The position numbers and the translations under genes are program-made. From contig NZ_NXGX01000003.1 in NCBI RefSeq assembly GCF_002844275.1, forward strand, positions 267,549-291,548: a DNA stretch of 24,000 nucleotides, read 5' to 3'. The notes beneath the pieces were generated by a model, which was not told the DNA's origin, made no database searches, and saw only the letters and a list, made by a program, of their open reading frames with translations. Origin of the DNA: Thalassospira lohafexi. GTDB taxonomy: Bacteria; Pseudomonadota; Alphaproteobacteria; Rhodospirillales; Thalassospiraceae. Below, piece by piece: positions 18,652 to 24,000 of the stretch (position 1 is its first letter; the number at the start of each line of letters is the position of its first letter).

Positions 18652-18701
18652 TGCATCAAGACTTTGCGCCCGTTCCGCTGCTTGTGGGACGGGCCGTTTT
18701 G

Positions 18702-19433
18702 TTAAACGAAGTCAGTTGCGTCGATATCGGTGTAATCAACACCGGTCAGCGTGACCGTGCCATTGGCATGGGAGATCAGCGCATTGCCGCTGCCATCATC
18801 GGCAACAGTGACCGAGGCATAATCGATATCAAGAAGATCGGTACCGTCGGTAAAATCGGTCACGGTGTCGTCACCGAAATCTGCTGACGTATCGAATTCG
18901 AAGGTATCCGCACCGCCATTGCCGGTCAGAACATCATCACCGGCCCAGCCGCCGATGACGTCATCACCAGTGCTGCCGTTGATTTCGACACCTTCAGATG
19001 CAAAGACCGACTGCAGTTCCGAACTATCACCACTGAAAAGCCCGGTCAGAACCGTACCGGTTTCACTCGAACTCAAAGCAAGCCCGGAAATATCGACGCT
19101 CGAATCGCTCAGATAGTAATCACCATTGGCATCCTGAGCCTTGGTTTCACCGAACGAAAGCTGATCAAGATTACCAACGATCTCATGCGTACTGATGTCA
19201 TAGCTGAAATCGGTGCCACTGTTGGATGAGGCCAGGAAACCGCCCGTATAGCTCGAACCGCTGTCTTCATCGCTCAAATAATATTGTTCGCCCTGAAACA
19301 AACCGTTGCCATTCAGGAACTCACCATAGTTGAACAGACCCTTGGAAAAGTTTGCATCAAAGTCTGAAAGCATACCTTTGAAGTCCACACCGTTTCCTGA
19401 TCCATCTGCATTCAGATCAATCGTGATCGTCAT
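18702..19433 (-). CDS. hasA: HasA-like hemophore fused to RTX repeats and a T1SS C-terminal secretion domain
   Basis: 243 aa from the ATG at 19433, with a GAGGAG Shine-Dalgarno 8 nt upstream. The N-domain aligns by eye with Serratia HasA. Matching segments (this protein vs HasA) are HEIVGNLDQLSFGE vs HTLYGQLDSLSFGD, SVDISGLALSS vs DVSFGGLNLSS, and VLTGLFSGDSSEL vs VVYGLMSGDTGAL. Residues 153-179 form three GGxGxDxUx-like nonamers. The tail is D/T-rich and ends DATDFV. Confidence 0.75.
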   Translation of the reverse strand: MTITIDLNADGSGNGVDFKGMLSDFDANFSKGLFNYGEFLNGNGLFQGEQYYLSDEDSGSSYTGGFLASSNSGTDFSYDISTHEIVGNLDQLSFGETKAQDANGDYYLSDSSVDISGLALSSSETGTVLTGLFSGDSSELQSVFASEGVEINGSTGDDVIGGWAGDDVLTGNGGADTFEFDTSADFGDDTVTDFTDGTDLLDIDYASVTVADDGSGNALISHANGTVTLTGVDYTDIDATDFV

Positions 19434-19479
19434 TTCGGAATCTCCTCGTTGTTTGTCACCCCAACCATTGAAGCAACAA

Positions 19480-19512
19480 ACATGAGAATGACTCTTAGTT
19501 TCATAATGAGTC
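19480..19512 (-). promoter_or_regulatory. Operator-like motif upstream of hasA (shared with the hasR upstream region)
   Basis: The minus strand GACTCATTATGAAACTAAGAGTCATTCTCATGT matches plus strand 22451-22483 at 26 of 33 positions. It has a weak Fur-box resemblance and lies next to a TTGACT hexamer. Confidence 0.45.
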
Positions 19513-19552
19513 AATATGTTTTTTTGTTTAAAAACAATTAGTTAATAGGAAG

Positions 19553-19587
19553 CACCAAAACACCGGCCAGGGAATTTCCTGACCGGT
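19553..19587 (-). terminator. Rho-independent terminator / attenuator between hasR and hasA
   Basis: Minus-strand RNA reads CCGGUCAGG-AAAUUC-CCUGGCCGG (9 bp with one U.G pair) followed by UGUUUUGGUG. It lies 27 nt after the hasR stop. Confidence 0.55.
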
Positions 19588-19613
19588 TAATGCCATTTAA
19601 ATTGCCTTGTGAC

Positions 19614-22352
19614 CTAGAAATTACCGCTTAAAGTCACAATCGCCGTCCGTCCCGGTGCAGCCGCATATGTTCCCCCTGATCCCTGAACGTAAGCTTCATC
19701 AAGCATGTTGTTCACCGCAAATCGCAGCGAGACATTCTCGTTGACTTCATAGGAGCTGTAGAAGTCGAACACACGATACTTGAAATACTCGCCGACCGAC
19801 GTTGACAGTGTTGCATGGCCAATATTGTCTTGCGGGTACACAAATGTCGCGCGCATCCCCATGACCAGATCTTGATCAAACAACCTGAAACCGCCATCAA
19901 GTGTGTATTTTCGTTTTGGCGGTGCATAAACACCATTAAGGCTGGATGCAGATCCATATTGATCTGCGACCGAAAGGGCTGCTGCGGAGTATGTGGTATC
20001 AAGGATGTAGGGGTCATAAGTCCCCTTAAGGTCCATGTCCGAGGTCGTCAGTGTTCCACCGAGAAAATACTCACCGCCATCATAGGCCATCTCAAGTTCG
20101 GTACCGTGGATATAGACTGGGTCGGACAGGTTCACCATACCAGCCGCCTGATAGGTCCCGGTCAAACTGGCCAGAAGAAGCGATGGAGTCGGCACATAGC
20201 CCATGGTGATGTAGTTATCCACCGTGGTACGATAATAAGCAACTTTGGCCCGGAAACCGTCGCCTTGTTGCAAAACATTGTCGAATTTGAAATTCGCACC
20301 AATTTCCTGTGTACGCGACTCTTCAGCCTTAAGATTAGCATTTGAGAAAAAGGAAAGCGGTACACCGCCAAGATGCGAACCTTTCAACATCGTCTCCATC
20401 ACAGTCGGAGCACGAAAGTTTTCACGATAATTGGCGAACAACTGGATACCATTGACAGGTGTAATGCCGAAACCGAATGACGGGGAAACCTTGTCTTGGA
20501 CCAAGTCAATATCAAGAGACGCATCATTGTCAGTCGCACATTGATTTGCCGAGCCAAAGAAATTTGGAACCGCTTCACACCAGTAAGAATCTCCATCCAG
20601 AGCAAACCGGTCATAGCGAACACCTGCGCTCAGCTCAAACAGATCATTCCAGCCATATGTTCCCGTTAGATAGCCGCCGTAGACATCCCGCTGACCGGCA
20701 GGCGTATTGCCTTCAACTTGATAAGGAAGGTCGCCTGAACCACCTAAATCTTCGACTTCCGAACGTGTTGTGGCTTTGTCGTGGAAAAACTCGGTCCCAT
20801 AGCCTAAACCAAATTCACTAAGCCCATCTCCAAACCGGGTCAGATCAAATTCGCTACGGTTCGCGATATCGCCGCCCGCTGTGTCCACTGTAAAAAGATT
20901 GGTGTAAGGATCATGCTCGATCGCGCCTGCCGCGCTGTAGCGGGCGGGCCGATACTGACTGTTTTCGGTGCGCGTCCAGAACAGATTGGTATCAAGATTC
21001 ACCAAATCCGTTTCCGGGTTCCAGTTATGCTTAGCTGTTAAAGTGTCGGTCTTGGTCTCATTGAAGTCTGTTTTTTCGTTCGCGATGTCATTGGTTTTGG
21101 CATAGTTGCTTTTTGATCCGACATATCCAAGATTGAGCTCCTGATCTTCGGTCAAATAGATATTTGCCTTAACCAATCCAGACGTCTGACGCAGAAAAGT
21201 GTAGTCGGAACGGGAACTGTCTCGATCGTGGTATGTTCCGTTGCCGGTAACAAACAAACCGGGATTATGTGTACCAGCCCGATAATTCCCTATCACCTTA
21301 CGGCTGATGGTTGCCGAAACATCAAGTTTCGGTGAAATCCGTGCACCGGCGGATGCGTCACCAGCAAAATCGTAGCTGTTGGTACCGTGACTAATATTGA
21401 CCTTGCCGCCCCAATCCTCATCATCATCAAGGATATCATTGGTATTCAGTGTCCGCATGGTCACAATACCGGCTGAACTCCCCGCACCACCATTTTGATT
21501 AAGGTTAGATTTTTCAATCTCAACTTCTGCCAAAAGTGCTGGATCAAGATAGACGCGCGATGAAGCACCGTGAGAGGCTTGGTTATAGTTCTGTCGTGCC
21601 CCGTCGATATTAACGTTTACCCGGCCCATTTCCTGCTGACCGCGGACATTGACGGTCAATCCCGGATCACGGGCATCGTTTGAAATGTCGACACCGGCAA
21701 CTTGATTGAAAATGTCGCGTGCTTCCCGCACAGGGGATTTGCGCATGCTTTCCTGCGTAATCACGGCAATCGACCCAGGTGTTTCATAAACCTCATCAGG
21801 AACGCCGTTTGGGCCCAGATTACGAATTGCTGCCGTTACCGTGATTGGCTCTGTGATATTTGCCGAACTCTGCGCATTGTCCTGCTGTGGATTTGCAATC
21901 GAGATGGTGCTTTGGTTGATCACACTCCATGCCAAACCGCTTTGGCGAAGCAAAATATCGAGCGCGCTCGCAGTGGTCATATCACCATTCACACCGGCGC
22001 TTGTGGCGCCATCAGGCAGCACACCGTCAAACACAACATCCACGCCGGAAATACGCGAAAAAACAACCAACGCACTGCTTAATGACTGTGCTTCGATATC
22101 AAAGCGATGTTGCCCAGCCTGCAATCGAGCCGGTCCAGTATCAGCCTGTGCCAGTTCCGGTCCCTCTCGCGTTTGCAGTAAACTTTCATTTTTGGACTGC
22201 GCCTGGGCAACGGCAAAACCCGGCGCAGACATCACGATACCAGCACTCAATATTGCGGCCACGACCAGATGCGAACGCCCCAATGATGTTGTTGCCCCAA
22301 GCAAATTTTTATTCATCGTGCTGCACACACGACCCACCCCGTCGGAAGGCAT
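19614..22352 (-). CDS. hasR: TonB-dependent heme/hemophore receptor with N-terminal STN signalling domain (HasR-like)
   Basis: Signal peptide ending FAVAQA and an STN-like segment (FDIEAQSLSSALVVFSRISGVDVVF...ALDILLRQSGL). TonB box EPITVTA, plug domain and terminal F. Heme-receptor boxes NFRAP...GSH...SNANLKAE map to nt 20331-20417. The ATG at 22352 has an AGGAG Shine-Dalgarno 9 nt upstream; the ATG at 22316 is an alternative. Confidence 0.9.
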   Translation of the reverse strand: MPSDGVGRVCSTMNKNLLGATTSLGRSHLVVAAILSAGIVMSAPGFAVAQAQSKNESLLQTREGPELAQADTGPARLQAGQHRFDIEAQSLSSALVVFSRISGVDVVFDGVLPDGATSAGVNGDMTTASALDILLRQSGLAWSVINQSTISIANPQQDNAQSSANITEPITVTAAIRNLGPNGVPDEVYETPGSIAVITQESMRKSPVREARDIFNQVAGVDISNDARDPGLTVNVRGQQEMGRVNVNIDGARQNYNQASHGASSRVYLDPALLAEVEIEKSNLNQNGGAGSSAGIVTMRTLNTNDILDDDEDWGGKVNISHGTNSYDFAGDASAGARISPKLDVSATISRKVIGNYRAGTHNPGLFVTGNGTYHDRDSSRSDYTFLRQTSGLVKANIYLTEDQELNLGYVGSKSNYAKTNDIANEKTDFNETKTDTLTAKHNWNPETDLVNLDTNLFWTRTENSQYRPARYSAAGAIEHDPYTNLFTVDTAGGDIANRSEFDLTRFGDGLSEFGLGYGTEFFHDKATTRSEVEDLGGSGDLPYQVEGNTPAGQRDVYGGYLTGTYGWNDLFELSAGVRYDRFALDGDSYWCEAVPNFFGSANQCATDNDASLDIDLVQDKVSPSFGFGITPVNGIQLFANYRENFRAPTVMETMLKGSHLGGVPLSFFSNANLKAEESRTQEIGANFKFDNVLQQGDGFRAKVAYYRTTVDNYITMGYVPTPSLLLASLTGTYQAAGMVNLSDPVYIHGTELEMAYDGGEYFLGGTLTTSDMDLKGTYDPYILDTTYSAAALSVADQYGSASSLNGVYAPPKRKYTLDGGFRLFDQDLVMGMRATFVYPQDNIGHATLSTSVGEYFKYRVFDFYSSYEVNENVSLRFAVNNMLDEAYVQGSGGTYAAAPGRTAIVTLSGNF

Positions 22353-22413
22353 ATTCAATTTCTCCTGATTTCTCAGAAATGCAAATGCGTCGCATTCATT
22401 TCCTGTTACTTTC

Positions 22414-22442
22414 TGAGACGAAGAAGAAAATCAGTTATCTGA
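22414..22442 (-). promoter_or_regulatory. ECF-type promoter candidate upstream of hasR (TCAGA-N17-CGTCTCA)
   Basis: The minus strand reads TTCAGAtaaC, 12 nt, then TCGTCTCA. It lies 62 nt upstream of the ATG at 22352. The -35 pentamer overlaps the left arm of the 55-bp palindromic unit. Confidence 0.5.
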
Positions 22443-22492
22443 AATTAAATGATTTATTATGAAAATAATTTTCATTCTCATTTAATTTCAGA
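22438..22492. promoter_or_regulatory. 55-bp palindromic unit with an embedded Fur-box-like 8-1-8 palindrome
   Basis: Perfect 15-bp arms TCTGAAATTAAATGA (22438-22452) and TCATTTAATTTCAGA (22478-22492). The inner palindrome is ATGAAAAT-A-ATTTTCAT (22459-22475). Its core TGAAAATAATTTTCA matches the 7-1-7 Fur consensus TGATAATNATTATCA at 12 of 14 specified positions. Confidence 0.55.
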
Positions 22493-22528
22493 GGCTATCC
22501 ATTGCATGCGGGAAGGTTTTCCAGGGAA

Positions 22529-23449
22529 TTATGCGGCGCGAACAACCGTAAGATAGTCGGTGAATTGATCGACCTTTATCGACAAAACTGTCGAAAGCGC
22601 ATCCAGAACATGCCGTGACCGGTCGAGATCAACGACAATTGTTACCTTGCGCGATTTCAAGGCGTCTCCAAGGATGACGATCTTGCCATCTTGCCAGCGT
22701 TCAAGAATATTGACGACGTCGTCAAGACGCTCGCCAATAAACACAAGTTGTCCATTCCGCCAGGCAAGCGCATTGCCGACATTGACCTTTCTTGGATCGC
22801 TGACCCAACCATCGCCATATCGAACTTCCTGCCCGGCCTGAACCGGCTTCATGGTTCCGCCAGCCCGTAAGACAAGACCATTTTGCTCGGCGATCACGGT
22901 TGTCGTGCCAGCGTAGTTTGCCACATCAAACCTGCCGCCTTCCGACCAAGTGGCTCCGCCAGTCGCGGCAACAAAAAAGTTTGTCCCTGCAACTCGATGG
23001 TCAAACCAGGCCTCACCATGATGAATGGCGACGCCTGAAACACCCTGTTTCGCAACAAGTGACAAGGACGTATCGCTGGCAAGCATCGCTTTAACACCGC
23101 CCGGTAGAACCATTTCGCGGCGCTCACCACTGGCTGTTCTGATGTCTGCCAAGGGATGGAACCGATGCGCAGTCCATCCAGCGCCGACAACCATAGCGGC
23201 AATTGTGCCCCCCAGAAATGCCCGACGGCCAAGATTTCTGTTGGCGTCAATTTGCAAACTGGAACTACCATTCCACAAACGTTCAATTTCATCGAAAGCA
23301 TGAAGGTGACTCGGATCTTCGGCGACCCAGCGCGCAAAAGCTTTTCGGTCATTTTCCGTTTCACTGCCATCAAGAAGCAACGCAAACCAATAAGCGGCCT
23401 GATCGCTCACGGTTCTTGGCATGGTGTCAAAATGTGTTTCCGGGATCAT
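22529..23449 (-). CDS. hasS: FecR-family anti-sigma factor / transmembrane sensor (HasS-like)
   Basis: N-terminal anti-sigma segment (AAYWFALLLDG...FARWVAEDPSHLHAFDEIERLW), one TM segment (AFLGGTIAAMVVGAGW) and a FecR periplasmic domain. The start is uncertain: ATG at 23449, ATG at 23422 or the ORF-track TTG at 23485. Confidence 0.85.
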   Translation of the reverse strand: MIPETHFDTMPRTVSDQAAYWFALLLDGSETENDRKAFARWVAEDPSHLHAFDEIERLWNGSSSLQIDANRNLGRRAFLGGTIAAMVVGAGWTAHRFHPLADIRTASGERREMVLPGGVKAMLASDTSLSLVAKQGVSGVAIHHGEAWFDHRVAGTNFFVAATGGATWSEGGRFDVANYAGTTTVIAEQNGLVLRAGGTMKPVQAGQEVRYGDGWVSDPRKVNVGNALAWRNGQLVFIGERLDDVVNILERWQDGKIVILGDALKSRKVTIVVDLDRSRHVLDALSTVLSIKVDQFTDYLTVVRAA

Positions 23450-23523
23450 ATCGGCATCGCCGTTCTTTATAAAACTCCCCCGCAAAGACGCAAATATACG
23501 CTTTGATGTGCGGGACCTGATAA

Positions 23524-23552
23524 TGAGACGAGCGGGATTTGAGGATTTCTGA
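23524..23552 (-). promoter_or_regulatory. ECF-type promoter candidate upstream of hasS (TCAGA-N17-CGTCTCA)
   Basis: The minus strand reads ATCAGAaatC, 12 nt, then TCGTCTCA. It lies in the 85-120 nt gap between the sigma and anti-sigma genes. Confidence 0.45.
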
Positions 23553-23569
23553 TCTGGCGATCATTTTTC

Positions 23570-24000
23570 TTATGGTTTTTCCATCGCCTCTTTGACAACG
23601 CCTAAGGCCTTGACCATCCGACTGAACGCCGTTTGGGTCGGAATCCCCAACTGCTCGCCAATCTGGACATATGTTTTGCCTTCGACACGGGCCAAAATAA
23701 AGACATCACGCAATGGTCGGGGCAGGGACTCAAGCACCTTTTGAAGGTGACGCAGCTCCTGACGAGACCAGGCAATCTGTTCCGGAGACGGGGCGTCGTC
23801 GGCGATGACTTCAAACGCCAGTTCAGAATCCTGCACAAAGGTCAGAATGCGTTCGCGTCTGAAATGGTCAATGACAAGATTGTTGGCAGTTCGATAAAGA
23901 TATGATTGCGCAAAACATTGCTCAGGCAGGCTCGGTGTTGCAACAACCCGAACAAAAGTATCCTGCACAATATCATCGGCAAGATGCCACGATATCCTGC
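23570..24000 (-). CDS. hasI: ECF (FecI-type) RNA polymerase sigma factor, 5' end outside the window (HasI-like)
   Basis: The frame is open to the window edge and reads ...RISWHLADDIVQDTFVRV (region 2). Region 4 reads LPRPLRDVFILARVEGKTYVQIGEQLGIPTQTAFSRMVKAL. The ORF-track GTG at 23968 is internal. Confidence 0.85.
   Translation of the reverse strand, partial: RISWHLADDIVQDTFVRVVATPSLPEQCFAQSYLYRTANNLVIDHFRRERILTFVQDSELAFEVIADDAPSPEQIAWSRQELRHLQKVLESLPRPLRDVFILARVEGKTYVQIGEQLGIPTQTAFSRMVKALGVVKEAMEKP

Noticed and set aside
18667-18694. Hairpin right after hasA, considered as a classical rho-independent terminator.
   Set aside because: The T-run (CGTTTTGTT) lies on the plus strand, the wrong strand for hasA. 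On the minus strand the stem is followed by GCAAAGUC. It is kept only as a possible stabiliser or attenuator.
18702-19433. Alternative reading of the 243-aa protein as a generic RTX calcium-binding protein with no hemophore function.
   Set aside because: This is not fully excluded without an HMM or structure search. The N-terminal 148 aa share several collinear blocks with HasA, including the H83...LD.LSFG segment. The gene also sits exactly between a heme-type STN receptor and a HasD/HasE-type exporter.
22438-22492. 55-bp unit with 15-bp terminal inverted repeats, considered as a MITE or IS remnant.
   Set aside because: No target-site duplication flanks it (left flank ...cagttatc, right flank ggctatcc...), and no transposase is in the window. 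Its interior is shared with the hasA upstream region and resembles a Fur box, and its arm overlaps a promoter element. A regulatory role is favoured, but a genome-wide copy count is needed.

Overview
The central block (5.1-14.6 kb) is a conserved housekeeping cluster, entirely on the minus strand: rimP, nusA, a fused YlxR/L7Ae-like gene, infB, rbfA, truB, rpsO and pnp. A nitronate-monooxygenase-family gene sits 9 bp downstream of pnp. The left flank carries an iron-chelate ABC importer pair on the plus strand (FecCD permease plus ATPase). It also carries a minus-strand irr / rubrerythrin-like / yciI cluster. The Irr-type Fur paralogue and the fused YlxR-L7Ae gene suggest an alphaproteobacterial host; this is inference only. 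The right flank (14.7-24.0 kb) is the notable part: a complete Has-type hemophore heme-acquisition locus. It runs partial ECF sigma, FecR-like anti-sigma, a TonB-dependent heme receptor with an STN signalling domain, a HasA-like hemophore, a T1SS ABC protein and an HlyD adaptor, followed by a HemO-type heme oxygenase. Three points stand out. (1) The hemophore is chimeric, a HasA-like N-domain joined to three RTX nonamers and a T1SS C-terminal tail. (2) The motif TCAGA-N17-CGT(C/T)TCA occurs upstream of the anti-sigma, receptor and heme-oxygenase genes, consistent with an ECF regulon promoter. (3) A Fur-box-like operator is shared upstream of the receptor and hemophore genes, and the receptor copy lies inside a 55-bp unit with perfect 15-bp inverted arms. 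No rRNA, tRNA, CRISPR array, transposase or integrase was seen. All homology calls come from reading the translations by eye; no database search was run.
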